Shown here: piece after piece, positions 1-10,047 of the stretch
Layout: each line of letters begins with the position of its first letter
Position numbering within the stretch: the first letter of the stretch is position 1
NCBI GenBank assembly: GCA_039189765.1
Contig: JBCCYL010000004.1
Location: 96,001-160,000 of the forward strand
From: Cyanobacteria bacterium P01_F01_bin.150
GTDB taxonomy: Bacteria > Cyanobacteriota > Cyanobacteriia > CAKZMO01
Reading direction: 5' to 3'
Length of the DNA: 64,000 nt
Program-made: the position numbers and the translations under genes
Notes under the pieces: model-generated
Database searches by the model: none
What the model was told of the DNA's origin: nothing
The model's input: the letters and a program-made list of their open reading frames with translations, nothing else

Positions 1-2
1 AT

Positions 3-752
3 GAGCTCTTAGGTAACAGAGGAAACGATGAATTAGACGGCGGTGATGGCCGTGACACCTTGGAAGGTGGCGATGGCGATGATCTAATAAATGGCGGTCG
101 GAGCAGCGATCAACTGTTCGGCGACGATGGCAATGATTTGCTATCCGGGGGGAATGGTGACGATACGTTAGAGGGGGGAGAGGGTAACGATCGCCTAGAT
201 GGTGATAAAGGGAAAGACGTCTTGACCGGTGGAGTTGGCAACGATACGCTACGTGCCGGTAGCAGCAGTGATACTCTAAGCGGCGGCGATGGCAATGATT
301 CGATGGATGGGGGCAAAGGTAAAGATACTCTCATCGGCGGAAACGGTAGTGACCTGCTAGTAGGCGGTGGACGAGCCGACACTTTAATTGGGGTCGATGA
401 ATTTGCCTCCAATCCAGGGTTCCGAGAGATTGACACGATGACGGGCGGAACAGGGCGCGATCGCTTTATTTTGGGTGATGGTCTTCAGGTTTACTACGAT
501 GACGGACGCAATAGCGCAGGTCGCCAGGATTACGCACTAATCAAAGACTTCACTCCCAACCGCGACACCATTCAGCTATCTGGGGTTAGCAGTGATTATC
601 GGATTAAACCATCTCCCTTCGCCTCTAGCAGTAGGGACACCGCAGATCGGGCCATTTTCTTGAAAGTCAACGGTCAGAAGCGTGAACTGATTGCCGTTCT
701 TCAAGGCGTTACGTCGTTTGATTTAGAGGCTGACTACGTTGATTTCGTCTAA
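3..752 (+). CDS. RTX/hemolysin-type Ca-binding repeat protein, C-terminal part (5' end outside window)
   Basis: Many GGxGxDxL nonapeptides. The frame is open from position 3 (ELLGNRGNDELDGGDGRDTL). Cyanobacterial-type C-terminus DYALIKDF...DTIQL...LIAVLQG. Confidence 0.85.
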   Translation, partial: ELLGNRGNDELDGGDGRDTLEGGDGDDLINGGRSSDQLFGDDGNDLLSGGNGDDTLEGGEGNDRLDGDKGKDVLTGGVGNDTLRAGSSSDTLSGGDGNDSMDGGKGKDTLIGGNGSDLLVGGGRADTLIGVDEFASNPGFREIDTMTGGTGRDRFILGDGLQVYYDDGRNSAGRQDYALIKDFTPNRDTIQLSGVSSDYRIKPSPFASSSRDTADRAIFLKVNGQKRELIAVLQGVTSFDLEADYVDFV

Positions 753-757
753 GCCAT

Positions 758-1732
758 TCAAGCGTCTAGTCCACTATTTTCCGGACAGCCCAGCATGATG
801 TTCAAGTTTTGGACAGCAGCACCCGATGCCCCTTTGCCCAAATTATCAAGACGAGCCACCAGCAACGCTTCTTGTGTTTGATCATTGGCAAACAAAAATA
901 TCTGTACCCTATTGGTGCCGTTGGTTTCCATCGGGTCTAAAAATGTGCCGTTTCGCAGCTCACTAGAATTTAGTTGCATGACGTCTACAAACGGTTCGTT
1001 TGCATAGTGAGCCGTTAACGTAGCATGGAGCTGTTCTCCAGTGGGAGAGGCGGCTAATGTCCACAATGGCAAAGGAACTTGGACCAGCATACCCTGCTCA
1101 AAATCTCCCACAGACGGAACAAATAGAGGAGGACTAGCCAACCCGGAATGCTGATGCATCTCCCTAACGTGCTTATGGCCAAACTTGAGTCCATATATAC
1201 CGTAGGGTTGGGTTGAAGTGGCTCCAGGCCGCTGTCCTTGAGCCATTTCATATTGTTCAATAAGCTTTTTTCCGCCCCCAGAATATCCAGACACCGCATT
1301 GATAGTAACAGGCATGGTATCTGGAATAAGCTGTGCAGCAATGAAGGGATAGAGGCAGGCCAAAAAGCCCGTGGGATAGCAACCTGGGTTACTGACAAAC
1401 CGAGCACTGGCGATCGCATCACGCTGGCCAGGCTTAAGTTCTGGAAATCCGTAGACCCATCCCTCTGCGGTCCGATGGGCTGTGCTGGCGTCTAAAATTT
1501 TTACCGTTGGACTAGAAACAAAGCTGACCGCTTCCTTTGCGGCCGCATCCGGTAAACAGAGAATGGCAACGTCTGCTGAATTGATTAATCGCGATCGCGC
1601 TCCAGCATCTTTACGCTGGTCCGGGTCAATGCTCAGCAGCTCCAAATCATCACGCTGACTAAGTCTTGTATAAATTTGAAGTCCCGTAGTCCCCGCTTCC
1701 CCATCAATAAAGACCTTTGGCTTAGTTCCCAT
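758..1732 (-). CDS. argC: N-acetyl-gamma-glutamyl-phosphate reductase (type 2)
   Basis: Motifs VFIDGEAGTTGLQI, SNPGCYPTG, SGYSGGG and DNLGKGASGAAVQNLN. Confidence 0.95.
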   Translation of the reverse strand: MGTKPKVFIDGEAGTTGLQIYTRLSQRDDLELLSIDPDQRKDAGARSRLINSADVAILCLPDAAAKEAVSFVSSPTVKILDASTAHRTAEGWVYGFPELKPGQRDAIASARFVSNPGCYPTGFLACLYPFIAAQLIPDTMPVTINAVSGYSGGGKKLIEQYEMAQGQRPGATSTQPYGIYGLKFGHKHVREMHQHSGLASPPLFVPSVGDFEQGMLVQVPLPLWTLAASPTGEQLHATLTAHYANEPFVDVMQLNSSELRNGTFLDPMETNGTNRVQIFLFANDQTQEALLVARLDNLGKGASGAAVQNLNIMLGCPENSGLDA

Positions 1733-1845
1733 GACGCTCGCCTCTCATATACCCAGCTTCACCATTATTGATCGTTTAGGCTTGTACTTTAAGTTGACAT
1801 CGGGGGGAATCGCTCGCACTAAAGTCTCATTTAATGCTGACCAGG

Positions 1846-2433
1846 CTAGGTTGTTGGCCGATCATCTGGCTCCAGGAAATCATATAAAATCTCGTAAGGT
1901 TCATCATCCTCTGCATCATAAATACTGCCACTAGAAGACGTAGGGGACAATGGCTGCGATGGCTCAGGCTCCAGAAACTCGTATAGGATTTCATCTGGTT
2001 CATCCTCTTCCACGTCATAAATTGAAGGCGTTGAGGATGAGGCTGTGGGCTTGGGTGGGCTTGGGGCTTGAATGGATTTAGCAGAATGTGAATTTGAGGA
2101 CACAGATAGTGTAGAACGAGTCGTCGCTGATGGCGGTGTCACATCGGCAGATATATTTAATGGTGCGTCTCCATCTGCTTGGTTTGCCCTTTGCTGGAGC
2201 AGAGTTTCAACCTGTTGCTGCAATATGTCTAACTTAGCTGTTGATTGCTCCAAGGCATCAATCCGTTCTGCCAAGTTACGAACGTTAGCAGGAGTTGTGC
2301 TCAATGCCGCTTTTACTAACCCTTGTAACCACTCATTCCTTGTCTGGCCGGTACGTGAGAGGATGTCATCAATTTGGGCCAGTTCAGTAGATGTAAGCTG
2401 GCATATGATCTGGCCGTCTGTGGATTTAGTCAT
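1846..2433 (-). CDS. Hypothetical protein: possible RHH-like N-terminus, coiled coil, duplicated acidic C-terminal motif
   Basis: ORF with probable ATG at 2433. LAQIDDILSRTGQTRNEWLQGLV resembles ribbon-helix-helix. Two copies of SIYDxExDEPxEILYxFLEP. Confidence 0.65.
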   Translation of the reverse strand: MTKSTDGQIICQLTSTELAQIDDILSRTGQTRNEWLQGLVKAALSTTPANVRNLAERIDALEQSTAKLDILQQQVETLLQQRANQADGDAPLNISADVTPPSATTRSTLSVSSNSHSAKSIQAPSPPKPTASSSTPSIYDVEEDEPDEILYEFLEPEPSQPLSPTSSSGSIYDAEDDEPYEILYDFLEPDDRPTT

Positions 2434-2723
2434 CACAAATATTTGTTCTGCTGAAGCTGACAGTAGCTTAGCATCCAATTGGAGTTTACTTAGTTTAGGG
2501 TCGCGTTGGGTTGATTTTGCAGGGGAACCCTACACGCACTATTCATCGGTTGGCCGAAAAAATTTTAGCAATAAAAACAATAGCTGATGCAATGATTAGG
2601 GTTTTAAAGAAGTGGTAGTACACCCTAATTCATTAGACCGGAATGTATTGATAGAGAAGAGGGCACACCCCAGAGCTAATGCAAATCGATGAACACTAAA
2701 ATCATTAGGATTAAACTGAGTCT

Positions 2724-3221
2724 CTATTTGGACAACACCTCGTTTAATGTTGCTTGGTCAATCCAGCCTCTGGCAATCAATACATCCCCCAATCTCAGCT
2801 TCATCGCTTTTTGATCGTACAAAGCAACCTGTAATTGGGTGGAATTGATAACCCCAGCCTGGACGAGGCGATCGCCAATTTTAGGTTCGTTCGTTTGAGT
2901 TATTTGGCTAAAATCCCCTTCATCAGAAGTCTTTACTTTTGCAGCCTGCTGCCGAGAAACCTGATTCACGTTTGGGTGCATAACCACCTGTTTTCGCTGC
3001 TTTACCGCCGCCTTATTGGCCGCTAAATTTTTAGGTTCTACACTCTTCGTTGCCTTAGCTTGAATTTGGGATGAGTCTTCACCTTCTTTCTTGCCTTTCT
3101 TAACGCAAGCTTTTCCTCCAGGAAAAATATAGACAACGGTGCCCCCCGTTTCACCAATCTTGGTAACAGGTCCCTTGGTGTAGGTTAGATGTTCTTTATT
3201 GGACTGAATCATAGTCATCAT
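2724..3221 (-). CDS. Hypothetical protein with C-terminal MshEN-like (c-di-GMP-binding type) tandem motif
   Basis: KIGDRLVQAGVINSTQLQVALYDQ followed by RLGDVLIARGWIDQATLNEVL matches the RLGxxLxxxGxIxxxQLxxxLxxQ pattern. Confidence 0.65.
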   Translation of the reverse strand: MMTMIQSNKEHLTYTKGPVTKIGETGGTVVYIFPGGKACVKKGKKEGEDSSQIQAKATKSVEPKNLAANKAAVKQRKQVVMHPNVNQVSRQQAAKVKTSDEGDFSQITQTNEPKIGDRLVQAGVINSTQLQVALYDQKAMKLRLGDVLIARGWIDQATLNEVLSK

Positions 3222-3488
3222 CAACTACGTATTTATTAGGATGGATACGAGAAAAATGTACGTTTAGTCACTATGATCCTATCCTAGCGATGTCGACAGA
3301 GTATTGTGTAATGTTCCGATGAAATCCAGCGTCTCTTCTGTTAAAAGCTTCCCGAAAAGGCTCATTGAGCCGAAACGAATTCAACAGTGTTGTGAGGCAC
3401 TCCGCTCCGCACAACACCGTCTTAATATATAAACTCAAGATAAAATGGCAAAAACAAGCCATTGAACTAAGCGAAGTCATGAAGTCAC

Positions 3489-3517
3489 AAAAAAAGAGGG
3501 GGCCAGTCTCCCCCTCC
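3489..3517 (-). terminator. Rho-independent terminator of cpcG
   Basis: Minus strand reads GAGGGGG-loop-CCCCCTC followed by a T-run. Confidence 0.6.
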
Positions 3518-3565
3518 AATAACGTTTTCAACTTTTTACAGTAGATTGCCCTACCAAAAAGCTCA

Positions 3566-4339
3566 CTAACGAATCCCTAAATTACGATAAGGAACCTTAG
3601 AGAAACTAAAATCAACGTTCGCAGCAGAGGTCTCAGGTGCACCACCAGGCAATACTCCTAAGCCACGAACCCAATCCATATACAATGCTGGATCTCCCTC
3701 TTTTGAAGACCAAGACTTCGTTGCATCCGCAGCGCTACGGGGCTTGATGTTTGAAATAACCTTTGGAAATCCAAGCTTGCTACGGTAGTAACCATCGTAG
3801 CGAGGAGACCTGATATTAAATGGAATCTCCCCTTCTGCACGACCGGGAAGCACCCGACGACGCTGATAAGGAACGATAGTGTCGCCAAAGTTTTCTAGAT
3901 ACTCATCGCTATCCAAAAGGTCTGAGATAAATCCAGCTCGCCCCTTAGTGGCCACAACAATAGACCAAGCAAGCTTCTCACGTTCGTCGTAGATATCACG
4001 ACCTAGAACGCGCTGAACACATTGTTCAACGAAGCGATAGTTGCTATTGAAGCCATAGAAGGTGCGACTGTAAGTCTCAGACAAAAGCAGTCCACGAATA
4101 AATTCACGAACTGTTATCTGTCCAGAACGCAGTTGAGACTCAAGAAACGGCTCTCGATCCGTCTTGAATGCATGAAAGAAAATTTGGCGATACGCTGCTT
4201 CAATCAAATTATCGATGTCACCATCAGAAAGCAGAGTCTCGGTGTCCCAAATTCTGGGCTGATCGTCTCCCGCGACCTCATAGCCGGGGATACGAGCATT
4301 TTGAGTTGAGTATGAATATTCTAAAAGAGGAATAGCCAC
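3566..4339 (-). CDS. cpcG: Phycobilisome rod-core linker polypeptide
   Basis: [44 protein letters not shown]. No hydrophobic C-terminal tail, so not CpcL. Confidence 0.93.
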   Translation of the reverse strand: MAIPLLEYSYSTQNARIPGYEVAGDDQPRIWDTETLLSDGDIDNLIEAAYRQIFFHAFKTDREPFLESQLRSGQITVREFIRGLLLSETYSRTFYGFNSNYRFVEQCVQRVLGRDIYDEREKLAWSIVVATKGRAGFISDLLDSDEYLENFGDTIVPYQRRRVLPGRAEGEIPFNIRSPRYDGYYRSKLGFPKVISNIKPRSAADATKSWSSKEGDPALYMDWVRGLGVLPGGAPETSAANVDFSFSKVPYRNLGIR

Positions 4340-4362
4340 GCCTGCAAAAGCTCCTCATAGAG

Positions 4363-4380
4363 TTTACGAAACCTTACAAA
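4363..4380. promoter_or_regulatory. HLR1-like (RpaB) direct repeat upstream of cpcG
   Basis: TTTACGAA-AC-CTTACAAA versus consensus (G/T)TTACA(T/A)(T/A)-NN-repeat, one mismatch per half. Confidence 0.4.
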
Positions 4381-4548
4381 TCATTTCCCATAATAAGAGA
4401 AAGGGGGACCTTCTCCAAAAATGGCTTTCACAACTGTTACACACCTTAACGAATATTTTGCGAAATATATTTTTTATATGCAAGGTATAAAAAGGCGCTC
4501 GTCCGTATGTGTAAGTAAGGTTACTGGCAGTTGGCAAGAACTCACACC

Positions 4549-5208
4549 TTAGTCATCTTTTGAGTCTTCAACGTTTGCTTTTGCTAAGGCGTCTGCCTGG
4601 GCTTTAGCTGTCGATGCTTTTCGTTCACTATAGCGATCGGTGAGAGCATCTACGTCCCTCAGCAATATCGTAAAGCGATAGAGTTCTTCCATCACATCTA
4701 CAACGCGATCGCGATACGTTGATTCTTTCATTGTTCCATCTTCATTGAACTCCTGGTAGGCTTTGGCCACCGATGACTGATTTGGAATCGTGAACATCCG
4801 CATCCATCGCCCCATTAGCCGCATAGTGTTAACTGCATTAAACGACTGGGAACCTCCTGATACCTGCATTAAGGCCAATGTTCGTCCTTGGGTCGGGCGA
4901 ATAGCGCCCATACTTAGAGGAATCCAATCGATCTGGGTTTTCATGAGTCCTGAGATATTGCCGTGGAGTTCTGGGCTAGACCATACTTGTCCCTCAGACC
5001 ACAGGGATAATTGACGTAATTCTTGGACCTTTGGATGGGTATCAGGCTCTGCATAGTGGAGAGGTAAGCCTCTGGGATTGAAAAACTTTACTTCTGCACC
5101 AAAGTCTTCGATGATACGAGCGGCTTCTTCTGCCAATAATCGACTGTAGGAGCGCTCTCGTAAGGAACCATAGAGGAACAGAATTCTGGGTTTATGGTCA
5201 AAGCTCAT
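4549..5208 (-). CDS. arsH: NADPH-dependent FMN reductase ArsH
   Basis: [44 protein letters not shown]. Confidence 0.95.
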   Translation of the reverse strand: MSFDHKPRILFLYGSLRERSYSRLLAEEAARIIEDFGAEVKFFNPRGLPLHYAEPDTHPKVQELRQLSLWSEGQVWSSPELHGNISGLMKTQIDWIPLSMGAIRPTQGRTLALMQVSGGSQSFNAVNTMRLMGRWMRMFTIPNQSSVAKAYQEFNEDGTMKESTYRDRVVDVMEELYRFTILLRDVDALTDRYSERKASTAKAQADALAKANVEDSKDD

Positions 5209-5315
5209 GGATAAACGTGTGGATTTCTAAGAGACTGAGATACAGCGTGCCAGAAAATGATACGGCAAGATGCTAATCAAATCACAGCTTTAATCACCAG
5301 GATTCTTGAATCACT

Positions 5316-6758
5316 CTACTGAGGTGGTTGATGCTGCATTTCTAGAAGTAACACTAGTTTCGTACTCCATTGAGAAAGATCGGCAGGCGATCGCACAATT
5401 TCAATATGGTGAATAAACTCACGGAAATAGAACCGCCGCTCTGATTCAGATAAATCCAGCCAAAACTGTCGAAGAGAGACTGCCTGTACCGTTTCTTGAA
5501 AATTAACTGGAGGCAGTTGGGCCAGGGAGGATTGCAGATCGGCAATTTCGATACGAAGACTATAGGTGCGTAAATCAATAGTATTTTGATCAAGCACTCC
5601 ATTTTTGCCTAAATCTGGTAGCTGCTTGATAATGTCCAGCTTAGATTGAATTTGGGCGTCAACTCGTTGCTTGAGTCCCTTAACGTCAGGCAACGGAGCT
5701 GTCGCCATAATTTGAGGTAATGTGGTGCAAATCTGATCGATGGTTTGGTCAAGAACTTGCTCATAGGAGAGGCCAGGGCAAGATTTATTCTTCGTGTGCT
5801 TTGCTAGAGAACAGACATCGGCATGGCAAGTTGGTCGAAGATACAGATATTCCTGCTTTTTGCCTTGCTTAGGGCGATGTTGGGTCACGCGGGTAATCGT
5901 CATGGGTGATTGACATTGGGCGCATCGGACCAGACCCGCTAGCGATCGCGCCGCACTGGCCGAACGTCTTGGCAGTTGGCTATTGCGGCGCAGTAATCGA
6001 TCCACCTGGGCCGCCTCATCTTCCGTCAATATGGGAGCATGAGTTTGGGTAATCACATCTCCGGTTTTATACGCTAAATGCCCTCTATACGCTGGATTCG
6101 TCAGCCATCGCTTACCAGTGGAAACTGAAATTTTCTTGTTATATTTCTGTGCTAAATAGCGAACACTGCGACGTAGGGAACCGTAAAGTAAAAAGTTATC
6201 AAAAAAATCCTTTACCACTGGCGCGGTACTACGGTCCAAAATATACCGATCTTTACCCCGACGATAGCCGTAGGGTGCTTTGCCAGGAGGGGGTTTAAGC
6301 TTTAAGCGTCGTTTAGCATGACCCCGTTGAAGATTGCGTTGTCGTTGTTCTGTTTGCAGATGATGGAAAAGCTCGAACTGTTCTGATGTTTCGAATTCCC
6401 CATGCCAATCCAGCTTGTCAGCATTATCTAAACGATTCTCCAAGACAACTAGTTCAATCTTTCGCTGTTCCAGTTGCTGGAGGCGATCACCCACCTCTGC
6501 TAACGAATCACCTAAATCTCTCAATCGTTGGATTACGACCTTAACAGGTGTCTTAGGATCCGTTGGGCCAGATATTTCAAGGGATGGATCGAATAATGCA
6601 TCAACGTCCTTAAGCAACTGGTGAAGAGAGGTGCGAGCGCCAAAATCCCGATACACCTTATCCAGAGAAGCTTCCCATTCATGGAACTCACTAGGAAGCT
6701 TATTGTCCACCCCTCTATCCAACAATGGATCGATATATAGATACGCAAAGGCAACCAT
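5316..6758 (-). CDS. Large serine-recombinase-like protein (recombinase domain plus Zn ribbon), catalytic motif degenerate
   Basis: PPGKAPYGY, WLTNPAYRG, HAPIL, LAGLVRCAQCQ. The N-terminus reads AYLYIDP rather than YxRVS. Confidence 0.8.
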   Translation of the reverse strand: MVAFAYLYIDPLLDRGVDNKLPSEFHEWEASLDKVYRDFGARTSLHQLLKDVDALFDPSLEISGPTDPKTPVKVVIQRLRDLGDSLAEVGDRLQQLEQRKIELVVLENRLDNADKLDWHGEFETSEQFELFHHLQTEQRQRNLQRGHAKRRLKLKPPPGKAPYGYRRGKDRYILDRSTAPVVKDFFDNFLLYGSLRRSVRYLAQKYNKKISVSTGKRWLTNPAYRGHLAYKTGDVITQTHAPILTEDEAAQVDRLLRRNSQLPRRSASAARSLAGLVRCAQCQSPMTITRVTQHRPKQGKKQEYLYLRPTCHADVCSLAKHTKNKSCPGLSYEQVLDQTIDQICTTLPQIMATAPLPDVKGLKQRVDAQIQSKLDIIKQLPDLGKNGVLDQNTIDLRTYSLRIEIADLQSSLAQLPPVNFQETVQAVSLRQFWLDLSESERRFYFREFIHHIEIVRSPADLSQWSTKLVLLLEMQHQPPQ

Positions 6759-7121
6759 AGATAATGCCTGGCTATAGTTAGTGTCTTCTTTACTATGGAG
6801 TAACTGAAGAAACGACTAACTAGAAGCTGGTAAAGATTTAATGGATTACTCTTTATTTGTCTCATCTGTTTTGCGTCCTTAAAGGTAGATGAGGCGCAGA
6901 CATTGGCACCATCATGCTTGAGATGATGGTGTCTGATATTAAAACTGCCTTCCACCAAAGCTTACGCTAAAGGACATGTGCCAACTTGTCTGTTGACCAG
7001 AACAAATTGCGATCAGCTTGTGTGCGAGTAGTAAATTGTTTCATTCCCCCTGACAGATGACTATACATCAAGGTTCCCGTGGAGCTTAACCGAACCTGGT
7101 GGAACAAAACTGCAAAACCAC

Positions 7122-7150
7122 AAAAAAATCCCTACCCAGAAGGTAGGGAC
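7122..7150 (-). terminator. Rho-independent terminator of the DUF4912 gene
   Basis: Minus strand TCCCTACC-loop-GGTAGGGA followed by TTTTTTT. Confidence 0.7.
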
Positions 7151-7220
7151 AAAATGCTCAAGTTAAACCTGTTGTAAATAGTTGAACGCACTTACATAAT
7201 TAACGTCGTGATAAAGCAAT

Positions 7221-8441
7221 CTATGCAAACCACTCTTCAACAGCTTCCGCTTTTGTATTGGTATTGCGTTCAGGGGTCTCACGCTCAAACGTCATTTGGA
7301 TAGATCGAGTTTGCTCTCCATCAACGGCTACAGCCTTAATGGGGAAGTCAATTACGCCATCCTGGAATGACATCTGGAAGCGGAACGTCCCATCAGGGCT
7401 GAGCTGAATCTCACGACCACCGATCGTTACAGTTGCATCTGGTTCAGTGGCACCGTAGACGATCAGTTCAGCATCCGCCACAAGCCAGAACTTACGAGGC
7501 TTGATAGGAGGCATAGATGCACCAAAGCCGACTCCAGACATCCCTGCCCCAGACATGGTCAAGCCCATGCCCATACCAGATGCAGACCACATGCCCATAC
7601 CAGATGGGAAGACGTAGGAACTGAGAGCTTGCTCAGGAACCTGATGCATAGAACCAAACAAGGAACCCGCTACCCGCAGAGCCTCAGTGGACTCAGCCAT
7701 ACCGAAGACCTGATCATAGATTGGACTGGATGCGGCCGATGCAATCTTCTGGCTGGGAGTGACCAGCTCAAGAACAGTCTTGCCGCGAAGATCGTCATCC
7801 CAAGCCACATCAACAAACTGATCATCAATCCAATCAGATGGATAAACGGGAGGAATACGCACTACGGCAGATCGAGCTAATACTAACCAACGACCGTCAT
7901 TTGCCAAGTAACCGATTTCAACCGCATAGTCGCGATCGCTTACAGGAATAGGTACGTACCACTCACGGGCTAACTCATCACATTCGTATTGCTGCAAGCT
8001 ATGAGGACGTTGAGTATCAAGGTCGATGTCAGTAACGTCGTAGAAGCGGAGAGCTAGACGAGTGCCCCCCTGACTCCGCAAGTCCTCACGATGTTCATTA
8101 GGAATGTCCCAGTATACATAAGCCCACTGGGGGTCACGAGGTAGCAATACGATACGACTCTCACCGTAACCATCAGGTAAATCAGCTAAATCAGCATCAA
8201 CATCTGCCAACGCCTCTACGGATGACACCGTTGAACCCACATCAAACTTGGATGCTTCCACCGCTTCCTGGGCCACAGGAGCCGTTGTGGTACTGCCTGT
8301 CACACCTTGCTGGATCTTACGAATTTCCTCGACCAACTGATCTTTTCTCATACGGCTGTAGCGAGATACGCCGCATTCACTAGCCACCTTGCGTAGCTGT
8401 CGTAGGGTCATTTCATCCAACGGAATACCGCTTGTAGTCAT
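7221..8441 (-). CDS. DUF4912 protein with N-terminal Rho_N-like domain
   Basis: MTLRQLRKVASECGVSRYSRMRKDQL (Rho_N-like), YGESRIVLLPRDPQWAYVYWD, FWLVADAELIVYGATEP. Confidence 0.85.
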   Translation of the reverse strand: MTTSGIPLDEMTLRQLRKVASECGVSRYSRMRKDQLVEEIRKIQQGVTGSTTTAPVAQEAVEASKFDVGSTVSSVEALADVDADLADLPDGYGESRIVLLPRDPQWAYVYWDIPNEHREDLRSQGGTRLALRFYDVTDIDLDTQRPHSLQQYECDELAREWYVPIPVSDRDYAVEIGYLANDGRWLVLARSAVVRIPPVYPSDWIDDQFVDVAWDDDLRGKTVLELVTPSQKIASAASSPIYDQVFGMAESTEALRVAGSLFGSMHQVPEQALSSYVFPSGMGMWSASGMGMGLTMSGAGMSGVGFGASMPPIKPRKFWLVADAELIVYGATEPDATVTIGGREIQLSPDGTFRFQMSFQDGVIDFPIKAVAVDGEQTRSIQMTFERETPERNTNTKAEAVEEWFA

Positions 8442-9045
8442 TGCACTCCCCTCCTAATCGTTTTACTAAATGGTTGCTCTCTTAAACTGCTTTTATTCGT
8501 AACATCTGCAACCTTGTCCGCAAACCCAATCATCAAAATCACATCAGATGCTGATAAACAATCATGCTTTGGATTGACTTTGGGATCGCAGGGATCGCTG
8601 ACTTGCCCACAGTATTACAAAAGACAAACAACCAATGCAAGGGATGTAATCGTCTGATTCAGAGGCATTTGACGATTTTCATAGGTTTAGGGGATCATTA
8701 GGTCAAGATATCATGACATTACGGTAAATCAGGGATCGGCTTTGGGGATCATTTTTGTCAAGATTCTATGACTTTTCTGTATGGCTGTTTTGAGGCCATT
8801 AATATTAGGAGGGTGTCGTAGGAGCTTTATGCCCACGACACCGTTAATCCTCCTGTTTCGACTTAAAACGAAACTCTGTTTTGGAGGGTTCTTGCCAAGC
8901 CTCTATAGTTTTTAGCCGAGGACATGAAAGTTGAAATGGTAGTCTGGCTCATATTCTCCAATGTTTGTTGTAGCCTAAATGCTTCTTGTGGCCCAGTGGT
9001 CAGAGAATACAGGCAGTCGCTTTAAATTAAAAATGGCAGGTCAGA

Positions 9046-9801
9046 ATGGTTCAAAGTCGATTAGTTAGCACACTGTTATCACCTGCATTGCGGTTGTGGT
9101 TGAGGTCGCAAGTAGATTCCATAGAGTCTTTGACGATCGACATTGAGGGGAACGATCGCCAAATTTTGGGAGGACATATTCCAGGAGTTGCGCTCCAGGC
9201 CAAACGAGCGATTTATCAGGGGTTGAGCCTCAGCAATCTAACCATGATTGCATCGACAATTTACATCAACATTGGTCAAGTTATACGAGGTAAACCCTTT
9301 AAGTTGCTAGCACCCATTCCAGTGGAAACGACCCTATTTTTGGATGCTGATGGTCTGCATCAGTCCGCTTCGGCGGATCTGCTCTACGATGCTCTTGTAG
9401 AACTATGGCAGCGCCTATGTAAAACTGCACCGGAGCTAGGGGAACGGATTAATAGGCAGCAGCCCCCAACACTCCATTGCGGCGATGGCTATTTAGAAAT
9501 CCATGTGGATTCTTCCATATCTTCTTCTATTTCTATAAATGTGAAGTCCCAAATTTCCCACCAAACCAGGCTTGGAAAACCAACCCATTGCTCAATCCTT
9601 CGAACTAAGCTGCTTATTGTAGAGGAACATTTACTGGAGTTTAAACAGACTTCCTTTTACCCCTCTGGGACTGAATTACCGGTCCCAGTGACTTCATTGG
9701 ATGGCTTTCAGATTGATTTGGGCCGAGACGTTACGATTCAGACGTTAAGCATTTCTACCGAGGGTATCTACTGCCAAGGCCGTATTCTTGTTATGCCCTA
9801 A
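9046..9801 (+). CDS. DUF2993 (LmeA-like) protein
   Basis: LSPALRLWLRSQV, AIYQGL, INIGQVIRGKPFKLL, typical of cyanobacterial DUF2993. Confidence 0.75.
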   Translation: MVQSRLVSTLLSPALRLWLRSQVDSIESLTIDIEGNDRQILGGHIPGVALQAKRAIYQGLSLSNLTMIASTIYINIGQVIRGKPFKLLAPIPVETTLFLDADGLHQSASADLLYDALVELWQRLCKTAPELGERINRQQPPTLHCGDGYLEIHVDSSISSSISINVKSQISHQTRLGKPTHCSILRTKLLIVEEHLLEFKQTSFYPSGTELPVPVTSLDGFQIDLGRDVTIQTLSISTEGIYCQGRILVMP

Positions 9802-9894
9802 GAATGCGATGACTCGACACGCAATAACAGGTGCGGATACTTTGCACCCACACCTGCTGTTTTTATTTTATGCTAAAGCAAAGTTTTAGAAGAA

Positions 9895-10047
9895 CTATTT
9901 GCTTCGCCGACTATCATCCTGAACTGTTGAACAATCTTGAATCGATGGGTCAGTACTCACTGTAATAACTTGCCATTTACCGGTTTTAGGATCACGACAC
10001 GTTAGAAAGGGATTCTCTTTCAAGGGCCTATCACAGACTTGGGCCAT
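9895..10047 (-). CDS. Small protein (50 aa) not in the ORF track
   Basis: Translated by hand: MAQVCDRPLKENPFLTCRDPKTGKWQVITVSTDPSIQDCSTVQDDSRRSK*. GGAG lies about 12 nt upstream of the ATG. Confidence 0.6.
   Translation of the reverse strand: MAQVCDRPLKENPFLTCRDPKTGKWQVITVSTDPSIQDCSTVQDDSRRSK

Noticed and set aside
4549..6758. arsH plus recombinase as an arsenic-resistance mobile element
   Set aside because: No arsR/B/C, no att sites seen, and the recombinase lacks its nucleophile.
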